This document shows positions 1 through 11,300 of a stretch of DNA of 32,541 bases, piece by piece. Made by a program: the position numbers and the translations under genes. The notes under the pieces were generated by a model. It was not told the origin of the DNA, ran no database searches, and saw only the letters and a program-made list of their open reading frames with translations. The stretch spans positions 80,811,498 through 80,844,038 of the forward strand of contig NC_068982.1 of the NCBI RefSeq assembly GCF_001194135.2, in the 5' to 3' direction. Every line of letters begins with the position of its first letter. The first letter of the stretch is position 1. Source of the DNA: Octopus bimaculoides. Its lineage: Eukaryota.

Positions 1-202
1 CAGCTATTCAGAGTGATGCATGCATAAAAAGATGACGAATGATTGTAACATCTGTCTCCGTATAAAAGTCGTTATTATCACGTGGTTTCATCTGTTTGTT
101 CATGTCATATTGGTTGACTGGAATATAGAAGCCATCTCACCTTCTGTCCACAGATGTACCGATGATTCCCCAGTCCCCTCTACGTAGCAATTTTACCCTG
201 CC

Positions 203-510
203 ACGCGCGCGCGCACACACACGCACACACACGCACACACACACACACACACACGCACACACACACACAATCACACACACATCTTCATTAATCAACTTTC
301 AACATTTCAAAAACAATATAAATCTACAAACGCCAACGTGGCACTCTCTATATGGTCGCTCGCTCTACTAAAAGTAGCTGCCAATTCACACATAATACAC
401 TGATACGTGCGCGCGTATTTCGGTCTGTATGCATATGTATGCGTATGTGTCTTGTGTGTCTATGCATATGTATATATGCATGTATGTATATATGTATGTA
501 TGTATGTATG

Positions 511-543
<33 letters not shown>

Positions 544-605
544 ATACCGCCAAATATACAAAGCATATACCTTATGTACATGTGGTTGATAATGTATGTA
601 TATAT
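203..605. repeat. (CG)/(CA), (TATG) and (TG) microsatellites
   Basis: Direct inspection. Confidence 0.9.
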
Positions 606-1304
606 NNNNNNNNNNNNNNNNNNNNNNNNNNNNNNNNNNNNNNNNNNNNNNNNNNNNNNNNNNNNNNNNNNNNNNNNNNNNNNNNNNNNNNNNNNNNNNN
701 NNNNNNNNNNNNNNNNNNNNNNNNNNNNNNNNNNNNNNNNNNNNNNNNNNNNNNNNNNNNNNNNNNNNNNNNNNNNNNNNNNNNNNNNNNNNNNNNNNNN
801 NNNNNNNNNNNNNNNNNNNNNNNNNNNNNNNNNNNNNNNNNNNNNNNNNNNNNNNNNNNNNNNNNNNNNNNNNNNNNNNNNNNNNNNNNNNNNNNNNNNN
901 NNNNNNNNNNNNNNNNNNNNNNNNNNNNNNNNNNNNNNNNNNNNNNNNNNNNNNNNNNNNNNNNNNNNNNNNNNNNNNNNNNNNNNNNNNNNNNNNNNNN
1001 NNNNNNNNNNNNNNNNNNNNNNNNNNNNNNNNNNNNNNNNNNNNNNNNNNNNNNNNNNNNNNNNNNNNNNNNNNNNNNNNNNNNNNNNNNNNNNNNNNNN
1101 NNNNNNNNNNNNNNNNNNNNNNNNNNNNNNNNNNNNNNNNNNNNNNNNNNNNNNNNNNNNNNNNNNNNNNNNNNNNNNNNNNNNNNNNNNNNNNNNNNNN
1201 NNNNNNNNNNNNNNNNNNNNNNNNNNNNNNNNNNNNNNNNNNNNNNNNNNNNNNNNNNNNNNNNNNNNNNNNNNNNNNNNNNNNNNNNNNNNNNNNNNNN
1301 NNNN
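606..1304. other. Assembly gap (others at 2034-2134, 13317-13534, 18875-19088, 23773-23958, 30153-30162)
   Basis: Runs of N flanked by simple repeats. The gap at 13317 is bounded on its left by a retroelement 3' tail. Confidence 0.99.
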
Positions 1305-1380
1305 TATATATATATATATATATATGCATATATATATGCATGCATATGTGTGTTAGTGTATCACACCTTTAATATCTCCC

Positions 1381-1460
1381 AAAAGAACAACAGCTCGGAT
1401 AATAGAGTCCTAGAAACAAAACACGAGTTAAAACGACGAGATGGTCACAGCTGGTATGTT
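1381..1460 (+). repeat. Interspersed repeat family C, partial copy
   Basis: GGATAATAGAGTCCTAGA...GATGGTCACAGCTGG motifs shared with the other family C copies. Confidence 0.55.
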
Positions 1461-1924
1461 TCTTTTTTATTCCGGGCTGAACTGTTGACTGAACATTATA
1501 AATCAATACTATTTACATACCATCAAACCACCCCACCATTTGTAGCTATAGATTATACACCCTATTAGAATGGGGCAACAGGTATGAGCATTGGCCTGAT
1601 GACCAGAGCTGGGATGCGATTTCGATTCATGGTAGTGAGCTGTTCACTTCAGCAATTTTATGTATTTTTTTCGAGGGCTAATATAGAAGTGATCACCTGG
1701 AACATGGCAATTCATGTTTCCATTTGACAATACAGGCATTATCTCATTTTTCAAACACACACACACACACACACCCTCTCTCACGCACACACGTACATAT
1801 ACATATACACTTATTCTCAGTCTTCTCTCTCAGTCTCTCTCACTCTTATCCTTTTTGATCCTTTATCTCACCTATCTTTCTCAACATTTTTAACAACGCA
1901 CACACACATATACACACACTGGTG

Positions 1925-2240
<316 letters not shown>

Positions 2241-2469
2241 TTTCTCCCTTCAGTGTTCAATACATTTCTATTTCCCACAACACTTTTAATACATTTTTCA
2301 CTCCCTCTCGTCTTATATTTGTCTCTTTCTCTGGTTTTCCCTCTCATCCTCGCTCTCTCTATCCTTCTCGCTCCCCCTCTCCTCTTCTACTTATTCTCTT
2401 GCTTTCTCGCTCTAATCCTCCCTTCCTAGAAACAGCAGTCAATACTCTTCAAATTACATTCGTCCATCT

Positions 2470-2620
2470 TTAAAAAGAAGGATTACACTGTATAAAGCTC
2501 TCTCCGACTCTCTATATTATGTGTGATCAGACAAAATCGATGTGATGGTCACGGTTGCAAGGCCACCTTTGATGATAGATCTACTAAATCAGAGCTGACC
2601 TGGATCTAAACAATAACAAC
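2470..2620 (+). repeat. Interspersed repeat family C, 3' part
   Basis: GATGGTCACGGTTG..CCTTTGATGATAGATCT..CAGAGCTGACCTGGATCTAAACAATAAC. Confidence 0.6.
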
Positions 2621-2758
2621 AACGACCACAACAACAACTCTTTGCCGTTCGGCTTTATTATCCATTTGATGTTTGAGATTTGACACAGCTTACATATGAT
2701 TATCTAGCGCACATATCTCACCGCACATCTTTGCCTGTCTAATTATTCCTTTCTCTGT

Positions 2759-2825
<67 letters not shown>

Positions 2826-2895
2826 CGGCGGTGGTGGTGGTGGTGGTGGTGGTGGTGCTGCTGCTGTTACCGCTGCTGCTACTGCTGCTGCTGCT
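2759..2895. repeat. Compound (TAG)n/(GGT)n/(GCT)n
   Basis: Direct inspection. Confidence 0.95.
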
Positions 2896-3019
2896 AGCTA
2901 ACCTTGATCGATATGTTTTCTGAAATGTGTTCCAATCCACTGATATTTATCGTGGCCATGGTTGGAAACAGTGATTCCTCTTTGAGACTATTCTTAATTT
3001 GATCCTTTATCCTCAGGGT

Positions 3020-3150
3020 AGGCAACAGTAACCTTGGTAGAATCGTTAAAACAATGGATTAAATGGCTTCTAGTAATTAATTCCTTCTTTTACGATCTGG
3101 ATTCAAATCCGGCAGGGACCGTCTTAGTATTTCACCTTTCCGGCATTTAT
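3020..3150 (+). mobile_element. SINE family A remnant
   Basis: TGGTAGAATCGTTA head, GATTCAAATCC box, TTTCACCTTTCCGG core remnant. Confidence 0.5.
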
Positions 3151-3179
3151 AAGCTAAATTCTATTCAAGTGTCACAGAT

Positions 3180-3290
3180 ATGGCCTTCTGGTTAAGAAAT
3201 TCTCTTCGAAACTACCTGATTTCGAGTTCAATCAAAGTGTACGGTACATTGAAGAAAGTTTTTTTTTTCGTTTACGTCTTGTCCGTGTAT
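3180..3290 (+). mobile_element. Degraded tRNA-derived SINE head (third family)
   Basis: TGGCCTTCTGGTTAAGAA...CGAGTTCAATC. A reverse-orientation relative (TTCTTAACCACTAGACTATAC) lies at about 25290-25311. Confidence 0.4.
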
Positions 3291-3294
3291 ATAT

Positions 3295-4612
3295 AGCCTA
3301 AATGATGTTGCCGCCATTTAATTTTGTTTCGAGCAACTTCATAATTCTCCTCTTGTACTGTTTAATAGTGATTATGTCTCTCACATTTCTCTTTCTGTTA
3401 TCCTATCGTTTTGCTGTACTCCTAAGTATTTCTAGTATTACAGTGATCTGATGATGTCTTGCGATTTTATGCCATCAGAGTTTGCCTTCCGGCCTCTCTT
3501 CATAATTGGCACTGCGCACTTATTCACGTATTCCAGCATCTCCACTCAGTACTCTCACTGTTTAGATAAAAAAAATCCAAGTCTGACTCATTCTTTGTCT
3601 ATAGCTTCATGTCATCCATATAAAGTGATTTATTTTCATAAAATATATATATAGCAAAAGAGAGCGTTATGCAATGTAATCCTTTCTAAAGGCAGACCTG
3701 GACTTTCTCTGTATACTTGTCAAAGGGATTAACACAACGACAAGGAGTAACGGAAAGAGCGAGTTACCCTGGAAAATGCTGCTGCGTATTTTCACCTTAC
3801 TTGACGGTTCATCTGTACATGTCTGTTCTACTTCACACACTCCCATTGCTTTATCTAAAATATTTATTTTCTCATTGACTCTAAGCGTCTTCAGACACTC
3901 CAAGAGCCGTCTGTGTGAGATACTGCTGTTGGCCTTCCTGTAATCTTTCCACCCAACAGCTAAATTTTTCCATCTTACTCGTACCGCATTTAAAATTCTG
4001 CTGCCTATATATAGCAAATCAGCAGTTCCCCTTGATTTCATTCTATATCCATTTTTTCTTCTTTTTTTTCTTTTTTGCTCTCCTAGCAATAGATTCTCCT
4101 TTTCCAAAAAATTATTTACTTCATATGCTATTAAGCCAGTTAATAGTTTCCAACGGTAGCTCTACTGACTTCTCTCTTTTCTTTGTTCTCCTGTATGAGC
4201 AGTGTCCTTCCTGTTGTCATCCATGCTGGTGTTTCATTTTCTATACAGTCAGTAAGAAACGAGTGTGTATACGTAGCAGATTTTTGAGCCACAGATCCTG
4301 GATATCATCTGGGCGGGAGGTTTTCCAGTTTGGTATTTTCTTAATCATCTCTTTTACTTTCTTATACCTGGTTATTATATTCTCTAAAGTTACTCCATCT
4401 TCCATTCTTATTTTAAATTCCCGTAACTAGTCTGCTTTTTTCATATTATGTTGAATTTCCTTGCTCCAGATTTCTGAGCAGAATTTTCTTGCTGCTTCAG
4501 TTTCTGGCATATCATTTCCTTAGTGCTCTTTTTCATTGTTCAGTTCTTTATAAACTTTTCTTTTATTGTTTTTAAAGTGTCTATTCTGCTGGTACTGATT
4601 TGTTCTCTATCT
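3295..4612 (-). mobile_element. Degraded R4/Dong-clade non-LTR retrotransposon fragment (pre-RT region plus RT domain)
   Basis: Manual minus-strand translation across frameshifts gives NQYQQNRHFKNNKRKVYKEL, KKIPNWK, PAWMTTGRTLLI, RGTADLLYI, WKDYRKANSSISH, IRSSIFQGNSLFPLL, YMDDMKL (3611-3622), KYLGVQ and KLNGGNII. These are collinear with the RT at 13577-14524. Confidence 0.85.
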
Positions 4613-4659
4613 GCTTTTTGTTATCATCATCGTCGTCATCGTCATCATCGTTGTTGTTG

Positions 4660-5505
4660 TATAAAAGCTGATTTAACTAGCATCCTTGTGTTTGTTGAAA
4701 AATCTCAAGTATCTTATGATTTTTGCAAAATACAGAACTGCACTTTTCTGCGGGTTGATAACACGTGTTTCAATCCCAATATCTTTCAACCTCTTAGGTA
4801 ACACTTTCGTGGTTGTACCGAGTAACCTATTAGCACAAGAATAATTGTCATCTTAGTCTTCCATAATCTTTTTCATCTCTCGCGATAGTTCCTGATATTT
4901 CTCATTTTCTCAATTTCTATGGTATCCAATCTGCTATCAAAGGATTGAAAAAAATCTATGATTTTATACTGTTTCTTTTGTCCTCTCTAAAAATACCTGA
5001 TCTCATTGTTTCAATAGAATGGTCAGTTTTTATTGTGTAATTTCATAAGATCCTATAATTCTTATTCTTTATCACAGCCTCTGGTTCGTGTTTATACCAC
5101 GATTCTGCTACTGTCAGTAAATACAATCGGTTAACATTGCAATGCACTCTTTTACCAACATAGACAGATCTACGCTATGCCAGCTTACTACATTCGCTCA
5201 ATAGATGGCTAATACTTTCGTTTCCACAAGCTCTGCGTTTGCTCTCTGACTGGCTTTTATCAATCGTTGTATCAATTCGTTCTAATAGTTTGCTCCTAAG
5301 TGGCTTTTAACCGATTCAGTTTCTAGTTTCAAATTTCCGTCTGTCAGCCACAAGCAGCGTCTTTATATTTCTCACATCTTCAGTTTGTTGCATGAACCGG
5401 CCATTAATTCCTTTATTTTCTAGTTATTTAACTTTTCATTCTTCGGATGTTCTTAAATTCTCCTGCTGTTTCAATGACTTTTTTTAAATATTTCTTGCTG
5501 CAGAT
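4660..5505 (-). mobile_element. Degraded 5'-truncated R4/Dong-clade fragment (CCHC knuckle, RLE domain and 3' end)
   Basis: Minus-strand peptides: NKGINGRFMQQ, SISHLLSECSKLA, WYKHEPEAVIKNKNYRIL, EKYQELSREMKRLWKTK, GIETRVINPQKSAVL. Clearly similar to the copy at 31205-32135. Confidence 0.85.
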
Positions 5506-5559
5506 ATTTTTGTTGTTGTAATTGTTGTTGTCGTCATCGTCGTCGTTGTTGTTAGTTTT

Positions 5560-6250
5560 TCTTCTTCAATTTTGTTCTCATTCCTTGTTGAGTGTCTGCG
5601 TGCAAAGGAATTCACTGTATACATCGATAGGTCATTCAAATAAATACACCAGATTGTTCATTTTTAGAAAATCAGTATATTTACAAGGTTTGCAATAGCT
5701 CTCATAACGATAATGTTCTTCTCAATACGAGTGACGTACCAGTTAAAAAATCCTTCTATACTTCTTGCACGGATGGTGAGCCAATGATTATTCTTAAATA
5801 ACTTTCAGTTTGTTTTCTTTTTGTCATCCCTCGTGATCCTACGATCACTGGTATTGTAACTGACTTGAGATGCCACATTTTTCCGATTTCAATGAGCAAA
5901 TCTTATTATTTTCTGAATTTGTCAAATTCTTTTGCCGCAATATTATGATCACAAGGGATACTTATGTCAACCAATAAACAGACTTTATTATTTTGCTCTT
6001 TTACAACAATATCCGGTTTATTAGCTTTGTTGGCTCTATCTGTATGTACAGGAAAGTCCCAAAGGATCGTGACATTTTCTCCCTCAGTTACAGCCCCAGA
6101 GTGGTGCTTGTACCACTTATCAACAGTTTTGATTTTATAATGCCGACATATTAACCAGTGTAGATATTGGCCAACTGTGCAATGTCTTGATTTATTCTCT
6201 ACTGGTGCTGAAACTTTACATTCAGTGATTAAGCGGTCTACTGTTTCAAA
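5560..6250 (-). mobile_element. 5'-truncated R4/Dong-clade fragment (RLE domain and 3' UTR)
   Basis: Minus-strand peptides: FETVDRLITECKV, KWYKHH, VTILWDFPVHTD, NKPDIVVK (PD motif, 6011-6019), VCLLVDISIP, KEFDK, IPVIVG, LRRTLSL* (stop at 5702-5704). Begins directly after ATAATAAT. Confidence 0.85.
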
Positions 6251-6283
6251 TTATTATCTGGCCTTGTGCCAAAATTTGAAATC

Positions 6284-7001
6284 ATCATGATCATCATCAT
6301 CATGATCATCATCATCATCATCACCATCATCATCATCACCATCATCATCATCACCATCATCATTATTATTATTATTAAGGTGGTGGATTGGCAGACTAGT
6401 ATCATCATCATTATCCTCTTTCTCTTCCTTTTCATTTTTATTGTTACTTTTATTAATAACAAACACTTTGAATTCTGCGACTTTCGGGAAAGGAGAACTT
6501 CCAGTGGTGCCACAGACGTAAAATCGAGTGACTATGATTGAGGCTGACAAAGATGTCTTGCTGAGAATCTACCACCGTACAACAACAGCAGCAACAACAA
6601 TGCCCTAAACAATGAGGCCAGCCACATCAACAACAACAACAACAACAGTATAAGCAATAAAAGTGACGAAGCAGGTGGAACAAAAAAAATCAACTACTGC
6701 TGATATTTCTATCATCGTCGCCGTCGTCGTTATCATCATCAAAATGTCAAGATTTACGATCGGCCATTAAAATTGTGAGAAGCCACGACGACCACCACCA
6801 CCAACAACAACAACAACCCACATATACAGCAACTCTGATCATTACACGCCACCATCTAATTGTCATTGCTGTTATTCTCATTCTCCTCCTTTTCCTCACC
6901 ATCATCGCCAACCATCATCACCACCACCATCATCTTTCTCATCCTCATCATCATTGTCGTCATCATCATCATCATCATCATCATCATCGTCATCATCATC
7001 G

Positions 7002-7070
<69 letters not shown>

Positions 7071-7140
7071 CTAATAATAATCAACCTCACCAGCACCATC
7101 AATATCATCGATATCGGAAACCACATTGTCATTGACTATC
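6284..7140. repeat. Compound (CAT)n/(ATT)n/(CAA)n tracts with unique spacers
   Basis: Direct inspection; long near-pure (CAT)n at about 6945-7068. Confidence 0.9.
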
Positions 7141-7559
7141 ATCAACACCACCTCATTTGTTTCATACCACCCCTAACACTAACACTACTAATCATAATGT
7201 TTAACAATAGACATGAGAAGGTGGAACATCAAAGTAGAAAAACCACAACAGGTTTCACAAATCTACTCACAAACCCATAGAAAATGTCACACTATGCCCA
7301 GTTCACTTCCATTACATGATACTTTCATTTCAATAGCACGATCCTCCACTGAACATTATGCATACTAAATAACAGCACATACTCAATACAATTACCATAC
7401 TATTTTCACTAGTTTAACTTGATCACAGTTCCATCGAAACTTGATTTTTTTTTTTTTTTTAGCTTACTTTCTGTACGATTTATCACATGAAGTAGTGGTT
7501 GTCCTCACTAGATCTGCTGGGAATTGTGTATGGATACTCTAACATCAGTGACAATAACA

Positions 7560-8540
7560 CTGTCGGCAACAAGGTCCAAGTTCCTTGAGAACACTTTTAT
7601 CAATATGTTTGTGTTTAGCGGATTTATGAGTTTGAAGTTATGGATAAAGTCCGCTTTTTCTATACATTCTTCTCAAGCAGGTCAGACCCATAACTCTAAG
7701 CTTACACCCCTGAGAATGCTCTCAGTCTACTTCTTAATTTTCAAACATATCTGCAGAAATCATAGCAAGTCAATTTGGTATTGTTATAATACAGCAGTAG
7801 AGCAGTTGTTCCAAAGTTGACGATTTGAATTTCCCATTACGACCCAGCACTTTCCGTATTTCTGCTGTTCTCATCGGCTATTGTGTAGCACCTCACTTGC
7901 TATGAGTTGTAGAAGTCTGCTGATTTAGACATTTAAATGGCTTCTCTTGAATTTTCGGACAAAGTACCACTGAAATAAATCCTATATCTGCCTGGAACAC
8001 TTCTATAGAGGTTCAGCAAGGACAGAATTATGAATCTTTTGCGTCTTTGGCCCATCCAATGACTTTCATTCGTTCATACCTGAACACATCAGCCTTAATT
8101 CAGAACAACGATACAACTTCTGTATTTCTAGGAAATAAGCAAGAGACATTGTCGCTGCAATAATTTCCGATGCGATAGCTATTAAATACCCATTTGGAGC
8201 CACCCTACAAGATTTTTCTGTCTTTTACGTACCTGCCGTGTATAATCAAAATCCAAGACTACACTGATACATCCGAGAAAAACCACGAAACAGCTGGGAA
8301 CAAGTCTGCTTGTCTGTAACATTCCTCTCCAACATCATCTTAAAAAGTGTCGAAGCTTTCATTCCCTTCGCCTGCTAAACACTACTCGACAGATTATTTC
8401 TGAGAAACTTTGTGAACACCGGAAGAGGATATATTAGCTGCCTGGCTCCAGTCAAGAAACGTCCAGCCCATTCAATTCTAGCCATCCACGAACGTGATTA
8501 CGTTATCTCCAGCAATCAATACAGACAACATTAGGCCTAC
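7560..8540 (+). mobile_element. Highly degraded Penelope-like element (RT and GIY-YIG remnants)
   Basis: With frameshifts, the motifs occur in Penelope order: FLENTF; D-IKS-LF-x-YI-x-LKQV (7641-7683, cf. DVKSLFTNIP); RFEF; IGYCVAP; SYLN; YLPCI..SEK; TTRQ..LCEHRKRI (8381-8431); SPAINTDN (8506-8529). No recognisable YVDD survives. Confidence 0.45.
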
Positions 8541-9007
8541 TCTCAATGTAATAAGGTATTTATTGACAAAGCAGAGAAGGCCACTGATCCGAATAGAACC
8601 AAATCCGTACATCACTGTTTTCATTTTAGTTTTTATTTCGGTTCCTACAAATCCTCCCCTCAATAAGTTGACGCTTGATTTTTGTCTCAAAGATTCTGCT
8701 GAAAGGTTGCTTTTAAAAGGTAGCAATGTCTATACTATGTCAGATGACTTTCTCGTTCTCAAAGATGGTGCCATGTCTATATATACATTTCTGTTGTGTG
8801 GTATTCTGCATCGAAGAACAATGTAGTTAACGAATTGTTATTGCTAGTGTTGTTGTTACGATCACTGTGTTATTACTGCATTTCTTTCTATCGTTGTTAC
8901 TGTTGTTGAGATGAAACTGAAGGATGAGAGACAGGGCTCCAATTTCTCCAGGATTTGAACTCGTGATGTAGACGTATGTAACTAAGTTCGGCAACTCTTT
9001 GTAAATT

Positions 9008-9081
9008 TGATCATCATCATCATCATCATGACCGTCATCAAAACCATCATCATTGTCGTCGTCGTCGTCGTCGTCATCGTT

Positions 9082-9115
<34 letters not shown>

Positions 9116-9339
9116 TCGTTATCATCATCAACGTTATTATTATGTCGCCCGTTCTTTCTGTTCCTCGATCACTTCTTCCTACCACTCCTCCTCTCCTCCT
9201 CCTACTCCTCATTATTATCGGCGCCTCCCCCTCTCCATCCACTTAACAGTTTCCGCCTTTTAAGCGTTAATTGCCGGTAAATAATAACGGCAGATCTAGC
9301 ACGTTCTCTCGTCTAATCACACACATACGCAACACACAC

Positions 9340-9376
<37 letters not shown>

Positions 9377-9654
9377 CACACACACATATAGACATACACA
9401 CAAACACACACACGGACGCAGAAACATATACACACACACATCTCCGCCTGCCATGAGTGCGTAACCAGCGGCTGGCAATTACAGCAGCAGCAACAACAAC
9501 AACAAAAAAACAGCAGCAGCATCGAGAACGTTAGCAACAATATTGACAATAGCAATAGCAACAACAAAAATGGCTACAACAACAACAACGACTACATTTG
9601 TAGGTGCAATTACAGCAACCATAATCATTTGTAATAACTGCAGTAGTAGTAGCG

Positions 9655-9724
<70 letters not shown>

Positions 9725-10860
9725 CAGCAGCAGCAGTAGTAGTAGTAGTGGTAGTAGTAGTAGCAGCAGCAGCAAGTAGAGCAATAAAACCAGGAGCAGC
9801 AACAACAACAAATAAAAACAAAGTAAAAAGCAATAAGTAAATAACATCAACAAAAATATAAATAACAGTAAATAAATAGCGACAGCAACAACAGCAACAA
9901 CAACAATAGTAATAAAAAAACGCAATGGTAATAACAACGATATCAGCAATAAATACATCCGTGAAGACAACAAGAATATTTATGAGAATAAGACACATTA
10001 ACACCAATACCACCACCGCCACCACCACCACAACCGCCACCACCACCATCACCACAATTGCTATCGCCATCACCACTACCACCACCAGAGCTACCTCCAC
10101 CACCATCGCTATCACCCCCACCAGCATCGCCACCACCATTATCACCACTACCACTATCACCATCACCACCATCAGCATCGCCACCACCACTACCTCTATC
10201 TCCACCACCACAACCACAATCGCCACCACTACTACTACCATCACTACGACTAACATCAACACCTTCATCATCACTATCACAACCACCACCACCACTACTA
10301 CCACCACAATCACCGATACTACTACTTCCACCATCGCCACCACTACTGCTACTACTACTACTACCTTCATTACGACTAACATCTCCCTGCATCACCACCA
10401 CCACCACTACAACTACTACCCTCACTACGGTTAACATCACCACCTGTACCAGCACTAGCGTCACCACTACTACCAGTATCACCATCATCGTTTACACCAT
10501 TCACAGAGCCACCACCATTATCACCTTCATAGCCATCGTCATGATCGTCATCATCATCATCATTGTCATCATCGTTTTCGTCGTTGTCGTCATCATGACA
10601 TTTTTTTTTCTTCGAATTTATGGAAAAAATATTTTTAGGCATATCTGCAAAACAAGCAAAAGTATTAACAAACTCATCATTATTATCATCATCATCACCA
10701 TCATCACCATCATCAGTAGCAGCAGCAGCAGTAATAACAACAACAACAGCAACAACAACATAGTGCAGAGGGTTTAACAATCCCATTAGTGACGACAATA
10801 ACAACAGCATCCACAGTTGTAACAATAATATCATTAAACTCGACAACAACAACAACAGCT
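9008..10860. repeat. Compound microsatellite field: (CAT), (CA), (CAA), (TAG), (CAG), (CAC)
   Basis: Direct inspection; explains the low-complexity ORFs 9479-10777. Confidence 0.9.
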
Positions 10861-10932
10861 GTAATGAATGAATGAACAAGCTTTAAGAATAAGAAAAGTA
10901 TGATACAAGACTTATAGAAGGCTCTTTACCTG

Positions 10933-11300
10933 CTGGAAGTAGTGGCTTGACTACTCTCAAATCACACTCGCCATCTTCAATATGGAAGGACTTGTTGGAG
11001 AAGGGAGTCCTAGACACGCTATGTTACGGAAGAGCAAACGAATTGTTAATAGCTGGAAAATCTTTATTTCCAGAACCACAACATCAAGATCGGACGTATG
11101 AACGTCGGAACTACTACTCGGTGGATTAAAGTGTTAGAAATAACAACCAGATCTCTTTTAAACTGCACCCCGCTATTGTAGAAAAGACATATTGGATTAT
11201 TTGATCCAAGAGACACTAGAGTTTTTTTTAAATCGAAGTTGTCACGGTTGGAATGCCTTTCATTGTAAGTTTGTAGAATCTGATGCGATTTAAGCAACAA
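10933..11300 (+). repeat. Two adjacent family C copies (about 10933-11035 and 11134-11300)
   Basis: ACCTGCTGGAAGTAG..CTCAAATCACAC..GGAGTCCTAGACACGC, then TAGAAATAACAACCAGATCT..TTGTCACGGTTGGAATGCCTTT followed by a CAA/CAG tail. Confidence 0.6.

Noticed and set aside
352-1568. Long ORFs spanning the first gap (also those at 13210-13573, 18635-19317 and 23542-24163)
   Set aside because: They are made of N runs and dinucleotide repeats.
7441-7470. Poly-T followed by AGCTTAC (plus-strand acceptor or minus-strand GTAAG donor)
   Set aside because: The adjacent sequence has no sustained open frame; it could equally be a retroposon poly(A) remnant.
9479-10879. Pro-, Thr- and Val-rich ORFs up to 283 aa (also 21515-23171 and 29418-30035) resembling mucin or extensin
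   Set aside because: They are open on both strands and in several frames because the triplet repeats lack stops; there is no domain or splice support.
11078-11225. APE endonuclease start (KIGRMNVGT ... DYLIQET)
   Set aside because: The DYLIQET part is explained by a family C copy; the remaining motif of about 10 aa is too short to call.
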